Shown in pieces: positions 19,714 through 30,758 of a DNA stretch of 64,000 nucleotides. A program made the translations under genes and the position numbers. Numbering within the stretch: the first letter of the stretch is position 1; the number at the start of each line of letters is the position of its first letter. The stretch comes from Limnochordia bacterium (GTDB taxonomy: Bacteria > Bacillota > Limnochordia > DTU080), in assembly GCA_050951545.1 (NCBI GenBank), contig JBMNJG010000002.1:64001-128000 (forward strand), given 5' to 3'. The notes beneath the pieces are model-generated. The model had not been told where the DNA came from. It did not search any database and saw nothing but the letters and a program-made list of their open reading frames with translations.

Positions 19714-20558
19714 GGGCGCGTGCTCCCCTCATGTCGCCTGGCAATCCAGGCCTGACTGCGGTGCTTAACCTCAAGGGCTTGCGTCATCTTATGCTCATCC
19801 GGGGAAAGAGAGCTAACAGATGTTTTCACCCTCAGCGCCTCTTCGAAACCGCTTATCAGCGCTGAGACCCCCTCGTCGAAACTGACGGAACGGCCGATCA
19901 GTTGAGCCAACCCCGCCGCACTCGTACCGAGCTTTTTAGCGGCTCGTTCGCGATTTTGCTCGCTACGAAACCGAAGCACTCCGTACAGACGCTCCGGCTC
20001 CAACCACAAAGGTACAGAACCGTGCTGCAAGAGCGCACCCTTGCGGCGGACCTGAGCACTGCCTACCACCTTGTGACCAGCCACCACAAGCTCATACCAT
20101 GAAGGGGCATCAAAACAGGCAGCTGCCACGCCAGCCTCACTGCGGTGAGCATGCGCGCGCCCCTGGCTTGAAACGGGTTTCTTCGCCAGCTCAGCGCGCA
20201 GTCCCAACAAAGCCAGGCCTCGCAGCAAACCACGACTCAAATAGCGATAGGACTCCGCAACACCGACGTCGGTTAGCGGGTGTTGCGGAGGTAGGGCAAT
20301 CGAGTAGGTGACCTCTTGAGCATGCAGGATCGCCCGGCCACCTGTTGGGCGACGCACCACGTCTATGCCTTCGCTAGCACAGACGGCGAAGTCAACTGTT
20401 TGCGCATCCTGAAAGTAACCCAAAGATAGTGCATAGGGTTGCCAGCTGTAGAAGCGCAGAGTCGGCTGCTGAACAGAATCCAGCAAGGCTTCATCCACAG
20501 CCATGTTATGCGCACCAGTGGCTGCGCCGTCTAGTAGCAGTCTCCACTCTTCAGTCAC
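19710..20558 (-). CDS. lipM: Octanoyltransferase LipM / lipoate-protein ligase family
   Basis: [37 protein letters not shown]; downstream of the gcv genes. Confidence 0.8.
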   Translation of the reverse strand: MTEEWRLLLDGAATGAHNMAVDEALLDSVQQPTLRFYSWQPYALSLGYFQDAQTVDFAVCASEGIDVVRRPTGGRAILHAQEVTYSIALPPQHPLTDVGVAESYRYLSRGLLRGLALLGLRAELAKKPVSSQGRAHAHRSEAGVAAACFDAPSWYELVVAGHKVVGSAQVRRKGALLQHGSVPLWLEPERLYGVLRFRSEQNRERAAKKLGTSAAGLAQLIGRSVSFDEGVSALISGFEEALRVKTSVSSLSPDEHKMTQALEVKHRSQAWIARRHEGSTRP

Positions 20559-22023
20559 GAGCAGGCGGACGCCAGGCCAGATCCGGCTGTCGGGCAGCTC
20601 GAGTCTCGTCCAAGCGACCGACGACAGTGTTATGTGGCGCCCCCTTCACCACCTCAGGATCACTGATGGCTTCATCAGCAATGGAGATCATCGCTTCCGC
20701 GAATGCATCCAGAACCTCTAACGGCTCTGTCTCCGTTGGTTCGATCATGATGGCCTCATCAACAATGAGTGGGAAGTAGACAGTCGGCGCATGAATCCCA
20801 TGGTCGAGAAGACGCTTGGCCATGTCGATCGTACGCACGCCATGCTCCTTCTGCCGATTCCCCGACAGTACAAACTCATGTTTGCACGCCCGCTGATAGG
20901 GAACGTCAAAGTATGGTGCCAGCCTATGCATGAGATAGTTCGCATGCAGTACCGCGATCTCACTGACCCGCCGCAACCCATCGGGACCCATGGCCCGAAT
21001 ATAGGCGTACGCCTTGACTAGAACACCGAAACTGCCATAGAACGAGCGCACTCGCCCGATCGAATCGGGGCGATCGTAATCAAGTGCATAGCGCTCATCT
21101 TTCTTGACGACGACAGGGCGTGGCAAAAACGGAGCCAGCGCCTCTGTGACCGCCACCGGACCAGCGCCTGGCCCCCCACCACCATGTGGTGTAGAGAAGG
21201 TCTTGTGCAGGTTGTAGTGAACCACGTCAAAGCCCATGTCGCCAGCCCGAGAGATCCCTAAGATGGCATTGGCGTTAGCCCCATCGTAGTAGAGCAGGCC
21301 TCCTGCGGCATGCACAATGTCGCAAATCTCCTTGATATTCTCATCGAAAAGCCCTAACGTATTGGGGTTAGTAAGCATCAGTGCCGCCGTCTTGGCGCTG
21401 ACGTGCTCGCGCAACGCCGCTACATCCATACCCCCACGGGCATCCGAAGGCACAGTGACCACGTGGCAACCGCACATGGCAGCTGAAGCTGGGTTGGTGC
21501 CGTGACCAGCATCGGGTATCAGAACCTCAGTACGCTGTTCCCCTTCTCCGCGCGCCTTATGGTACGCCCTGATCATCATAAGGCCAGTCAGCTCACCGTG
21601 AGCACCGGCTGCAGGCTGCAAACTAGCGTACGGCAGCCCGGAGATCTCGCACAGGTACTGCTGTAGTAACCACATCATCTCTAAAGCGCCCTGAACACAC
21701 GACTCAGGTTGGTACGGATGGATGCGGGCGAAACCAGGCAAACGTGCAGCCAACTCATTGACCTTTGGATTATACTTCATCGTACACGAACCCAATGGAT
21801 AGAAGCCCACATCGACCGCATGGTTGCGTCTACTTAAGTTCACGTAGTGACGCACTACCTCAAGCTCAGACATCTCCGGTAGAGTCGGATCCTCCTGACG
21901 CAAGAGATCAGCCGGAACGAGACTCTCTATCGGCTCTGCGGGCACATCCAGCGGAGGTAACGTGTATCCTGGCCTCCCAGGTGCGCCTTTCTCGAACAGG
22001 AGCGGTACTCCTTGCTGCATCAT
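20551..22023 (-). CDS. gcvPB: Glycine dehydrogenase subunit 2
   Basis: [37 protein letters not shown]. Confidence 0.97.
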   Translation of the reverse strand: MMQQGVPLLFEKGAPGRPGYTLPPLDVPAEPIESLVPADLLRQEDPTLPEMSELEVVRHYVNLSRRNHAVDVGFYPLGSCTMKYNPKVNELAARLPGFARIHPYQPESCVQGALEMMWLLQQYLCEISGLPYASLQPAAGAHGELTGLMMIRAYHKARGEGEQRTEVLIPDAGHGTNPASAAMCGCHVVTVPSDARGGMDVAALREHVSAKTAALMLTNPNTLGLFDENIKEICDIVHAAGGLLYYDGANANAILGISRAGDMGFDVVHYNLHKTFSTPHGGGGPGAGPVAVTEALAPFLPRPVVVKKDERYALDYDRPDSIGRVRSFYGSFGVLVKAYAYIRAMGPDGLRRVSEIAVLHANYLMHRLAPYFDVPYQRACKHEFVLSGNRQKEHGVRTIDMAKRLLDHGIHAPTVYFPLIVDEAIMIEPTETEPLEVLDAFAEAMISIADEAISDPEVVKGAPHNTVVGRLDETRAARQPDLAWRPPARD

Positions 22024-23375
22024 CTGAGTTCCCCCCTCCGCAAACGCCGTAGGGTGGCTGCCAGTGTGTCGATCTCTTCCCGTGTGCGGGCTTCGGTAAC
22101 GCAGAACAACGCCCAGTTTGCGTAGCGGGAGTCAAAGCGACCCAGAGGTAGTCCACCGATGATCTTCTCTTCCAGCAAGAGCTCATTCAGCTTTTCTACA
22201 TCGTGGTCTACAGCCAATGTGAACTCCTGAAAAAACGGAGCATCAAACGCTGGCTCAAAGCCCGGCAGTTCGCATAGACGCGCCCGTGCATAGTGCGCTT
22301 TCTGCAGACTCTGAGTGGCGATGTCTTTCAGCCCCTGACGCCCTACCAGCGCCAAATAAACAGCGGCCGTTAAGGCGTTTAGAGCCTGGTTACTACAGAT
22401 GTTGGAGGTGGCGCGTTCACGGCGAATGTGTTGCTCACGGGCCTGTAGAGTGAGCACAAAGCCGCGGCGGCCCGCCTGATCTACAGTAGCCCCGACGATG
22501 CGCCCTGGCAGACGACGTATCAACTCTTGCTTAGTCGCCATAAAGCCAACGTATGGCCCACCAAAGCTGACAGCATTGCCGAGTGGTTGGCCCTCACCAA
22601 CGGCAATGTCGGCACCATACTCGCCCGGTGATTTGAGGACGGCCAAAGAGACTGGGTCTACACACGCAACGTAGAGGCCCCCGGCTTCATGTACCGCCTG
22701 ACCTATCTCATCAACGGCCTCCAAGCAGCCAAAGAAGTTCGGTTGCTGGACCACCAAGCCAGCTGTGTCATTTCCCAATAGGTCGCGTAGAGCCTCCATA
22801 TCTATCAGGCCCTCGCGCATAGCTACCATCACCGTGGCCAGCCCTTGCTGCCTCAGATAGGTCTCCATCACCTGTCGATACTCTGGATGAAGCCCCTCTG
22901 CCACCAAGACCGTATTCCTCTTTGTGTGTGCACAGGCCATGATAGCAGCTTCGGCACAGGCGGTCGCTCCATCGTAGACAGAGGCATTCGCCACATCGAG
23001 CCCTGTTAAGAGACAGATGAGACTCTGGAACTCGTAGATACTCTGCAGCACACCCTGGCTCACTTCTGCCTGATAGGGCGTGTAGGTGGTCACAAACTCT
23101 GCACGGCCGACGAGCTCAGCGAGTGCGGCTGGTACCAGCCGGTCATAGACGCCACCGCCCATGAAGCAGGTGTAGGTATCTAAGTCGGCGTTGCGATCAG
23201 CCAACTCCCTCAGATGCGCCACTAGCTGAGCCTCGCTTAAGGCCTCTGGAAGCTGTAGCCTACCCTGGAAACGCACATCCTCAGATATGTCCTCGAACAG
23301 CTCCGCCACGGAGCCGATACCTATCTCTGCCAGCATCTTGGCTTCTTCTTCGCGTGTAGTCGGGATGAAGTTCAA
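22020..23375 (-). CDS. gcvPA: Glycine dehydrogenase subunit 1
   Basis: [28 protein letters not shown]; TTG start after GAGGAGG. Confidence 0.95.
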   Translation of the reverse strand: MNFIPTTREEEAKMLAEIGIGSVAELFEDISEDVRFQGRLQLPEALSEAQLVAHLRELADRNADLDTYTCFMGGGVYDRLVPAALAELVGRAEFVTTYTPYQAEVSQGVLQSIYEFQSLICLLTGLDVANASVYDGATACAEAAIMACAHTKRNTVLVAEGLHPEYRQVMETYLRQQGLATVMVAMREGLIDMEALRDLLGNDTAGLVVQQPNFFGCLEAVDEIGQAVHEAGGLYVACVDPVSLAVLKSPGEYGADIAVGEGQPLGNAVSFGGPYVGFMATKQELIRRLPGRIVGATVDQAGRRGFVLTLQAREQHIRRERATSNICSNQALNALTAAVYLALVGRQGLKDIATQSLQKAHYARARLCELPGFEPAFDAPFFQEFTLAVDHDVEKLNELLLEEKIIGGLPLGRFDSRYANWALFCVTEARTREEIDTLAATLRRLRRGELR

Positions 23376-23419
23376 GCAGCTGCACCTCCTCACGACGGGT
23401 AAGTCGTAGCTACCCAAAT

Positions 23420-23800
23420 CTACTCTCCAATGAGCTCCTCGTACTGCGTCGCTGTGAGAAGAGCATCGGCTTCTGCCGCATCCGTCACTTCAATGATGGC
23501 AATCCAGCCCTCACCGTACGGATCCTCATTGATAAGCTCAGGCCTGTCGGCCAGTGCGTCGTTCACTTCGGCCACCTTGCCCGACACCGGTGCGTAGATA
23601 TCCGAGACAGCCTTTACCGACTCCACTACCGCAAAATCGTCGCCAGCGGCCACTGTAGCTCCTACTTCGGGTAGCTCAACGAATACGACGTCACCGAGTT
23701 CTTTTTGGGCAAATTCGGTAATGCCGATCTTGGCTCGATTGCCCTCTTCCAGCTTCAGCCATTCATGTTCCTCGCTGTATTTCAGATCCGCTGGATACAT
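23420..23800 (-). CDS. gcvH: Glycine cleavage system H protein
   Basis: YSEEHEW, lipoyl motif [14 protein letters not shown]. Confidence 0.96.
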   Translation of the reverse strand: MYPADLKYSEEHEWLKLEEGNRAKIGITEFAQKELGDVVFVELPEVGATVAAGDDFAVVESVKAVSDIYAPVSGKVAEVNDALADRPELINEDPYGEGWIAIIEVTDAAEADALLTATQYEELIGE

Positions 23801-23831
23801 TAGAACCACCCTTTCTTCTACGTTTTCGGGG

Positions 23832-24935
23832 TTACGACGGGCGTCGCCGAGTATGCCCCTGCACAAACCGACCCTTGATGATCTCAGCCGGGCGAGCCTT
23901 CCCTCGCACATCGATGAAGATGCGAGAGCCCGCTTTCGCCAGACTCGTTTCCACATAGCCCATGCCAATATCCTTCTCCATTGTGGGAGAGAATGAGCCA
24001 CTGGTCACGGTGCCAATCGGTGTCCCCTGCTCATCACAGATGGAGTACCCATGCCTGGGAATTCCTCGACCTTCAACTACGAAGGCCACCAAACGCCTTG
24101 ACACCCCTGCTTCCTTCTGGGCAAGCAGAGCCTCGCGTCCTATGAAATCAGGCTTATCGAGCTTGACGAAGAAGCCAAGCCCCGCCTCAAGCGGCGTAGT
24201 CTCTTCATCGATGTCGTTGCCATAGAGCGTCAGCCTGGCCTCCAGACGCAAGGTGTCCCTGGCACCCAATCCGACAGGCACCATGCCCAAAGGTGTCCCC
24301 ACACTCATCAGCGCTTCCCAAACGCCTGCGGCCTCGTCTGCAGGGAAGTACAGCTCAAAGCCGTCTTCACCAGTGTAGCCCGTGCGTGAGATGATGCTGG
24401 GAACACTGGCTACGCTTCCATTCATCCATTCGAAGCTGTACAACTCACTCAGACTGGCAGATGTAACTGATTGCAGGATCTGCTCTGCCAATGGGCCTTG
24501 AAGCGCGATCAGTGCAGTCTGTTCACTGCGGTCTTCCAGACGTACCTCGCCCTTCAGATGCTCCTGCAGCCAAGCAATGTCCTTCTCAGTGTTGGCCGCA
24601 TTGACCACCAACAGGTAACCCTCCGCCACTCGATAGACGAGGATGTCGTCAAGAATGCCACCGCTGGGCACGCAAAGCATGGTATACTGCGCCTGCCCAG
24701 CCCCCAGGGTTGACAAATCGTTTGTGGTAACTGTCTGCAACGCGTGAAGTGCATCGGGGCCGCTAACAAGAAGCTCTCCCATGTGCGACAGGTCGAACAT
24801 ACCAGCCTTCGTGCGCACCGTGCGATGTTCGGCTAGAACACCGCTGTACTGCACTGGCATGTCCCATCCCCCGAACTCAACCATCCTTGCTCCAGCCGCC
24901 CTATGGATTTCGTTCAGTGGTGTGCGCCTGAGCAT
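23832..24935 (-). CDS. gcvT: Aminomethyltransferase
   Basis: [38 protein letters not shown]. Confidence 0.97.
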   Translation of the reverse strand: MLRRTPLNEIHRAAGARMVEFGGWDMPVQYSGVLAEHRTVRTKAGMFDLSHMGELLVSGPDALHALQTVTTNDLSTLGAGQAQYTMLCVPSGGILDDILVYRVAEGYLLVVNAANTEKDIAWLQEHLKGEVRLEDRSEQTALIALQGPLAEQILQSVTSASLSELYSFEWMNGSVASVPSIISRTGYTGEDGFELYFPADEAAGVWEALMSVGTPLGMVPVGLGARDTLRLEARLTLYGNDIDEETTPLEAGLGFFVKLDKPDFIGREALLAQKEAGVSRRLVAFVVEGRGIPRHGYSICDEQGTPIGTVTSGSFSPTMEKDIGMGYVETSLAKAGSRIFIDVRGKARPAEIIKGRFVQGHTRRRPS

Positions 24936-25052
24936 AGTCCGCCCCCTTTTTTCTATTGCCGCTTCCTACCCGTACCCTTAGGCCTATTGGCTCATATAAT
25001 GCAGGGCTAAGGCACGCCAAGAAACCGCTTTCGGGCGGGCAGGAGGCTGACA

Positions 25053-25154
25053 ATGCTGATACGATTGCTGGCTACCATTCTGACGCCAATTCTTAACCCA
25101 ATCTTGCGCCGCAGCAAACATACGATGGTACTGGTGATTCGTCGCAAAGCCTAG
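25053..25154 (+). CDS. Putative 33-aa small protein (MLIRLLATILTPILNPILRRSKHTMVLVIRRKA)
   Basis: AGGAGG 6 nt before ATG, upstream CATATAAT, downstream hairpin; below the ORF-track size cutoff. Confidence 0.5.
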   Translation: MLIRLLATILTPILNPILRRSKHTMVLVIRRKA

Positions 25155-25214
25155 ACTTGGATGAGACGCCCCGCCTGCCGGGCGTCTGCATCCGCGTCTT
25201 GGCCCCGTCTGTCA

Positions 25215-26129
25215 CTACTTGAAGACTGGCGTGCACCATTTGCGAAATTCGGGGTGCTTTCCTCGGACAACATCAAAGTAGAGTGTCTGAATTTGCTTCA
25301 CCACAGGACCGATCTGGCCATCGCCTACGGGTCGATGGTCGATCTCCGTAATCGGGGAGACCTGCGCTCCGGTACCGACCACGAAAAGCTCGTCGGCTAT
25401 GTAGAGCTCCGTACGGTCGATGGGGCGTTCCACTGTTTCTATGCCCACATGGGCGGCCACCTGCAGAAGGCTGTCTCGGGTGATTCCTTCGAGAATATCA
25501 GCGGTAGTGGGCGGAGTGATTAGTTTCCCTCCACGCACCATAAAGACGTTCTCGGCGCTGCCCTCAGACACATGCCCATCGTTCGTGAGAAAGATGGCCT
25601 CATCGTAGCCGTCATCTAGTGCTTCCGTCTTGGCCAACGCGGCATTTACGTAGGCTCCGTTTACCTTGGCCCGCATGGGAATCGCGTTGTCATCAAGGTG
25701 ACGCCATGAAGAAACCCGGGCCCGCAAGCCGCGCGACATGTCTAGGTAATCGCCAAAGGGCAGAGCAAACAGTAAAAATGCATCGTCAAGCCCAGTCAGC
25801 TTCACACCGATGGCTTCCGTAGACTTATAGAAGACAGGCCTAATGTAGACGTCGGTTCGATCGCCGTTCTTGCTCAGCAGCGTCTTGGTGATGTCACAGA
25901 GATCATCCGCAGTATATTCTGACTCCATGCGCAAGATCCTGCAGGAATTCAGCAGGCGTTCGTAGTGCTCTTTTGCCCGAAAGATAAGTAGATCCTGCTC
26001 ATCCTCGGCCCAGTAGGCCCGAATGCCTTCAAAACAGGCTGTCCCATACAGGAAGGCGTGGGTGCGAATGCCGATTTTGGCCTCATCCAGAGGCACGTAA
26101 CGACCCTCAAAGAACGCATACCTCGTCAT
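25215..26129 (-). CDS. ilvE: Branched-chain amino acid aminotransferase
   Basis: YGTACFEGIRAY, AKVNGAY, EGSAENVF, ILEGITR. Confidence 0.93.
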   Translation of the reverse strand: MTRYAFFEGRYVPLDEAKIGIRTHAFLYGTACFEGIRAYWAEDEQDLLIFRAKEHYERLLNSCRILRMESEYTADDLCDITKTLLSKNGDRTDVYIRPVFYKSTEAIGVKLTGLDDAFLLFALPFGDYLDMSRGLRARVSSWRHLDDNAIPMRAKVNGAYVNAALAKTEALDDGYDEAIFLTNDGHVSEGSAENVFMVRGGKLITPPTTADILEGITRDSLLQVAAHVGIETVERPIDRTELYIADELFVVGTGAQVSPITEIDHRPVGDGQIGPVVKQIQTLYFDVVRGKHPEFRKWCTPVFK

Positions 26130-26222
26130 AGTTCTCTCCTCACTTGTCTTTTGAAGTGGCTTCCCTGCTGCAGGAGGTATTCCTCCCACGGTGGGCTGCA
26201 AAACGCTCGAAGGATGCGCCAG

Positions 26223-27650
26223 CTACCCCTGTGAGTTGCCGCCTGGCGCGTCGACTGTCCGTGCGGCTGCTTCCTGAGCTGTATCAGCCCCAACTGCCGC
26301 GCCCGTGCCGACACGTGTGATCTGCTCGCGCGCCTTGTATGTGGACCGCGAGACCAACTCCCATTTCTCTCCACTGGCTGCATTGCGCACTCGCCATACG
26401 GAGACGGTGTAGCCCTTGCTTCCCTTTTGGGCAACAACGGTCTTGCCTGCGGGCAGAGCAGGATCACGAATCTGCTGGACAGGCATCGACTTGACGCTCT
26501 CCACTTTGGAGACGAGACGCGCCAAATCTGCCGGCGCAGCGCCCAAGAGCGCTACGATAAGCCTGTTACCGGATGTTGTGGCATGGACGTACAGATGATT
26601 CTCGGTGTTATTGATGAAGCGGAAATCGATGTAGTCATAGGCTACCGCAGCATCGAGTCCGAGCGGCACGTATGTTGAAGGAATGGAGTGCGGGCTGCGA
26701 GATCGAATCCTCAGACCACCAAGAAGCACTGCATTGTACAGGGTGCTCGATACCTGGCAGACACCACCACCGATGTCAGGGACAAGCTCGCCACCGACAA
26801 CCACTGGCGCCTCTTTGTAGCCGTTTTTCGACAAACGTGGACCTACTCGCTGATTGAAGGAGAAGACCTCATGCGGTGCCAACACCGCCCCGTCAAGGGC
26901 CTCAGCGGCCAGCCTAAGATTATGGGCACGGTTAGAGTCTCCGGTGTTGAAGCGCGTTTCGGCACGGGCCACCACATGCTTGATTCCCCAGGTACGAGCC
27001 TGAGCCGTGGCATATACAGGCTGTGTAACTTGCATGGGAGCGACAACCTCTCTGTCAAGCTCAAGCAAGGTAGCAAGCACCGCTTTGCGTAGTGCTGGTA
27101 GATCAATCTCAAGGCCATCCCGACTAGGCATGAGCTTGATGGTGCCATCCGAGAGAAGAGAGAAGCCTGCGTCTTTGGCCGGGCGGTTTATACTTCGCCC
27201 CAGATCCTCCAGAAGGCGATCGAAACGGGAACTTGCCGTCACTTGCAGCGGAATATCCACACCCTTTATTGCTGCCCTGTAACGATCCCGGCTACGATGC
27301 AGCACGTTGCCAGAACGCCCCACAGCTAGCGCCTCTTTGACCATCGCTTCGAGATCGGCAGTGATACCATCTTCGGCAGGATAGATGAAGTGCTCTCCCC
27401 CATTCCACACAATGTGAATGGGACGCTCGACTTTCGCCTGGAGCCCCTTTCTTACGAATGCAACGGCCTCGCTGGAACGCAAGCCCCCTACTGGGATGCC
27501 CGCAATTGAGACCCTAGGTATGATGAGGTCTGCTTTCTCCGAGGAGCCAAAGGCCAGGTACATGCCTAGAAGCCATGAGAAGAAGGCTACCAAGACTAGG
27601 CCCGTCAGACGGACCCGAGTGCGTTGGTGTGTTGAGGCCATGGCTATCAC
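26223..27650 (-). CDS. VanW family protein (PG-binding, VanW and G5 domains)
   Basis: FSFNQRVGPR, GGGVCQVSSTLYNA; N-terminal TM. Confidence 0.9.
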   Translation of the reverse strand: MIAMASTHQRTRVRLTGLVLVAFFSWLLGMYLAFGSSEKADLIIPRVSIAGIPVGGLRSSEAVAFVRKGLQAKVERPIHIVWNGGEHFIYPAEDGITADLEAMVKEALAVGRSGNVLHRSRDRYRAAIKGVDIPLQVTASSRFDRLLEDLGRSINRPAKDAGFSLLSDGTIKLMPSRDGLEIDLPALRKAVLATLLELDREVVAPMQVTQPVYATAQARTWGIKHVVARAETRFNTGDSNRAHNLRLAAEALDGAVLAPHEVFSFNQRVGPRLSKNGYKEAPVVVGGELVPDIGGGVCQVSSTLYNAVLLGGLRIRSRSPHSIPSTYVPLGLDAAVAYDYIDFRFINNTENHLYVHATTSGNRLIVALLGAAPADLARLVSKVESVKSMPVQQIRDPALPAGKTVVAQKGSKGYTVSVWRVRNAASGEKWELVSRSTYKAREQITRVGTGAAVGADTAQEAAARTVDAPGGNSQG

Positions 27651-27798
27651 GCTCCCGTGTTGCTGTAGTTCGAGTTATTTCCACGCGTTTCGAGGATGCT
27701 CCTCTTTCCTATTCTACATATTAGGCCGATAGCCTGGCAGCAGAGATGGTATAGGCAGGGCTGAGTGCGTCATATACTGATGTGGGCTTGTATCTCTT

Positions 27799-28476
27799 GT
27801 GTCCGAGGTGGTCTCTTTGTGGCAAGCGCTTACATCGCCTCTGGTTGCCGATCTTGAACTGAACCATCCTAACCGGGTACACATGGAGCACGAGTCAGCA
27901 GCCAAGACTCTGGCGCTATCCTTGAACGAGCATCTGGCGCTTGTCGCCACACCAGGCACTCCTCCCGTGGTGGTCTGCGTTGGCACAGATCGCTCAACGG
28001 GCGATTCACTGGGGCCTCTCATCGGCACTGCTCTACAAGAGCGCATGCTACCAGCCCCAGTCTATGGTACGCTCGAGGACCCCGTGCATGCCGCCAACCT
28101 AGCTGACGCCTTGGAGAACATCCAAGGCAACCAACCCGAGCAACCCGTTTTGGCCGTCGATGCCTGTTTGGGGCGAGCAGAGAACGTCGGATTTGTGTCT
28201 GTGAGACGAGGAGCTCTGCGCCCGGGAACCGGGGTGAACAAGCGATTGCCTGCTGTGGGGCACCTTCATGTGGTAGGTGTCGTTAACGTCGGCGGATTCA
28301 TGGAGTACCTCGTGCTGCAAAACACGCGGCTTAGTCTGGTCATACGCATGGCCAGTCTTATTGCTGAGGCGATCGAAGTCTGTCTGTGTGAGCTCTGGCT
28401 CTCACAGGCAACTGCATCTCTAAGCGAGGCGAAGCGGATCCCGCGCAGTCGGGTGGCACTGCCTCTTCGACAGTGA
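27799..28476 (+). CDS. yyaC: Spore protease YyaC
   Basis: CVGTDRSTGDSLGP, YGTLEDPVHA, DACLG, LQNTRL; start position uncertain. Confidence 0.92.
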   Translation: MSEVVSLWQALTSPLVADLELNHPNRVHMEHESAAKTLALSLNEHLALVATPGTPPVVVCVGTDRSTGDSLGPLIGTALQERMLPAPVYGTLEDPVHAANLADALENIQGNQPEQPVLAVDACLGRAENVGFVSVRRGALRPGTGVNKRLPAVGHLHVVGVVNVGGFMEYLVLQNTRLSLVIRMASLIAEAIEVCLCELWLSQATASLSEAKRIPRSRVALPLRQ

Positions 28477-28498
28477 GCAGGCACCACAAAAGGGGGTC

Positions 28499-29716
28499 TC
28501 AGGGAGTCTGCAATCGGGCATAGGCTGCAACCTTTGCCCGATCATACACTAGTTTGAGTGGTAGATCGGTGGCTTGGGCTGTGCGCTGGCAATCGTCGTA
28601 CTCAGGGGCGACGTTGACCACCTCCTGATGCCACCGCCCAAGCTTCACTCGGACCGGGTTTCCTTCTACCTGCACATCCATCCAGTCCCGACGGAGCTTG
28701 TGCCGACGAGCTCCAAGACACCGTACGCCCAGTGTCGTCGTTTCACGCAGAGTTGTCGCTACGCAGGCCTCAACCCCGGTAGGGGCCGATAGCACAGTGA
28801 GCTTGAGGGCTGGCCGACCTTTTTTCATCACGATCGGAGTGAAGTAAGCATCTAGGGCCCCGGCAGACAACAGCTGGTCAATCACATGTTGGCTACACTC
28901 AGGGTTCATATCATCGATATCAGCTTCGAGAACCTCTACATGGTCTTCGTCAAGCCCATCGATCTCGTGCTCGTGACTATGGGCGTCCCTGTGATCGTCA
29001 GCTACGGTGCCGATGGCCAAACGCAGAACGTTGGGAATGGGGAAATGCTTGGTGCCGAGGCCATAGCCTATGGTCTCGACAGTCATTGCGGGCCAAGGAC
29101 CGTAGCCAGTTGCCACGGTGCGCAAGATAGCTGCCCCGGTTGGCGTCGTCAGCTCACCGCGAATTCCAGTGGAATAGACGGGTACTCCACGCAGAATCTC
29201 TAGAGTAGCCGGAGCTGGAACGGGAATCCTGCCGTGAGCGGCCTTCACAAAGCCGCTTCCTAGATGGATTGGCGACACATAGATGGCATCAAGATCGAGA
29301 TGGGCCAGACCCGAGATCGCGCCAACGACATCCACAATGGCGTCGATGGCCCCAACCTCGTGGAAATGTACTTCGGTAGCGGGCACTCCATGGATATGGC
29401 CTTCTGCTTTGGCGATGATCTCAAAAACACGCATCGCTGTCTTCTGCGTCTTCTCAGACAGACTAGACGCCGTGACAATGCTCTCGATATCTTGTATCGA
29501 GCGGTGGACATGCTCACTCGTGGTCTGAGCAACTTCAACGTGCGTACCCGTGATAGCCTCACGGCTTTCCTTCGTTACCTTCAGCTGCCAGCCAGGGAGG
29601 TTAAGGCGATGAAGGTCTTCCTCGAGCGCAGCCACAGGAACTCCGGCATCGACCAGCGCTCCAAGGATCATGTTTCCACTGGCACCAGAAAAGCAATCAA
29701 AGTAGGCGATGCGCAT
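28499..29716 (-). CDS. larC: Nickel-pincer cofactor biosynthesis protein LarC
   Basis: YFDCFSGASGNM, HFHEVGAIDAIVD, IDDMNPE, MKKGRP, His-rich linker. Confidence 0.93.
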   Translation of the reverse strand: MRIAYFDCFSGASGNMILGALVDAGVPVAALEEDLHRLNLPGWQLKVTKESREAITGTHVEVAQTTSEHVHRSIQDIESIVTASSLSEKTQKTAMRVFEIIAKAEGHIHGVPATEVHFHEVGAIDAIVDVVGAISGLAHLDLDAIYVSPIHLGSGFVKAAHGRIPVPAPATLEILRGVPVYSTGIRGELTTPTGAAILRTVATGYGPWPAMTVETIGYGLGTKHFPIPNVLRLAIGTVADDHRDAHSHEHEIDGLDEDHVEVLEADIDDMNPECSQHVIDQLLSAGALDAYFTPIVMKKGRPALKLTVLSAPTGVEACVATTLRETTTLGVRCLGARRHKLRRDWMDVQVEGNPVRVKLGRWHQEVVNVAPEYDDCQRTAQATDLPLKLVYDRAKVAAYARLQTP

Positions 29717-29790
29717 TTGGGGTGTACTCCTCTCTGAACTAGCTGCATCATTTGCATAGGCACCGTGCAAGCTGGCCACCTGCGCGCCGC

Positions 29791-30567
29791 TTACAGTGAC
29801 TGGGGACAACAGGTAGCGATAAGCCGGTTGATGGTGGCGGCCGCGTAGCCTGCGCCAAAGCCGTTGTCTATGTTGACCACGCTTACACCGCTGGCGCAGG
29901 AATTAAGCATTGTAAGCAAAGGCGCGAGGCCAGCGAAATTAGCGCCATAGCCTGTGCTGGTCGGAACAGCGATAACAGGGCGGTCAGTAAGCCCGGCCAC
30001 GACACTTGCCAAGGCTCCCTCCATGCCCGCTACAGCGATGATGACATGAGAATGATCAATGATCGCCTGTTGAGCGAGCAGGCGATGAATGCCAGCCACC
30101 CCCACATCATACACCCGTTCGACCACATGACCCATGGCAAGGAGCGTAACCGCCGCCTCCTCGGCGACTGGAACATCCGATGTGCCTCCAGTCAGAATGG
30201 CTATGTAGCCTGGATAGAGTGGATCTAGTGGGCCCCGACTGATGGTGATCGCTCTGGCGAGTTCGTGATATTGAGCCTCAGGCAAAACCGCTTGTACAGC
30301 CGCAAACGTCCCCGTATCAGCGCGAGTCGCCAAGACTCGGTCATTGCGGGCAAACAGACGGGAGGCTATCTGTTGCACCTGCACTGGCGTCTTCCCAGCA
30401 CAGTAGATGACTTCGGGAAAGCCCTGGCGCTTGGCGCGGTGATGATCGACCTTGGCAAAGCCCAACTCTTCATATGCAGCTCCCGATAGTACGTCTAGTG
30501 CTGCCTCAATATCCGTGCGTCCTGCTTGCAGGTCTTCAAGAAGTCTGCGAATAGCACGCTGATCCAA
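29791..30567 (-). CDS. larB: Nickel-pincer cofactor biosynthesis protein LarB (PurE-like)
   Basis: DHHRAKRQGFPEV, DVGVAGIHRL, AGMEGAL, VNIDNGFGA; TTG start after GGGAGG. Confidence 0.93.
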   Translation of the reverse strand: MDQRAIRRLLEDLQAGRTDIEAALDVLSGAAYEELGFAKVDHHRAKRQGFPEVIYCAGKTPVQVQQIASRLFARNDRVLATRADTGTFAAVQAVLPEAQYHELARAITISRGPLDPLYPGYIAILTGGTSDVPVAEEAAVTLLAMGHVVERVYDVGVAGIHRLLAQQAIIDHSHVIIAVAGMEGALASVVAGLTDRPVIAVPTSTGYGANFAGLAPLLTMLNSCASGVSVVNIDNGFGAGYAAATINRLIATCCPQSL

Positions 30568-30647
30568 TACAAGTCCTCCCTGGAATCGTGTTCCGCGGTG
30601 CGGGCATGTCGGCGGCCAGCCACGCGTACTCCCCGGCTGCTCAGAAG

Positions 30648-30663
30648 TGTTCCACGTGGAACA
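30648..30663. promoter_or_regulatory. parS site
   Basis: Perfect palindrome TGTTCCACGTGGAACA. Confidence 0.95.
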
Positions 30664-30704
30664 CTTTCTCGTCGAGAGCCACATAGCGATCCAGCGGCAT
30701 CCAA

Positions 30705-30720
30705 TGTTCCACGTGGAACA
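30705..30720. promoter_or_regulatory. parS site
   Basis: Second perfect TGTTCCACGTGGAACA, 57 bp from the first. Confidence 0.95.
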
Positions 30721-30758
30721 TTCCTGCACTGGCTTAACCGCTGCCCCTTTCAGTCTTG

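Noticed and set aside
24936-25214. Glycine riboswitch upstream of gcvT
   Set aside because: No GGAGA/CCGAAG/CTCTCAGG motifs found on the minus strand.
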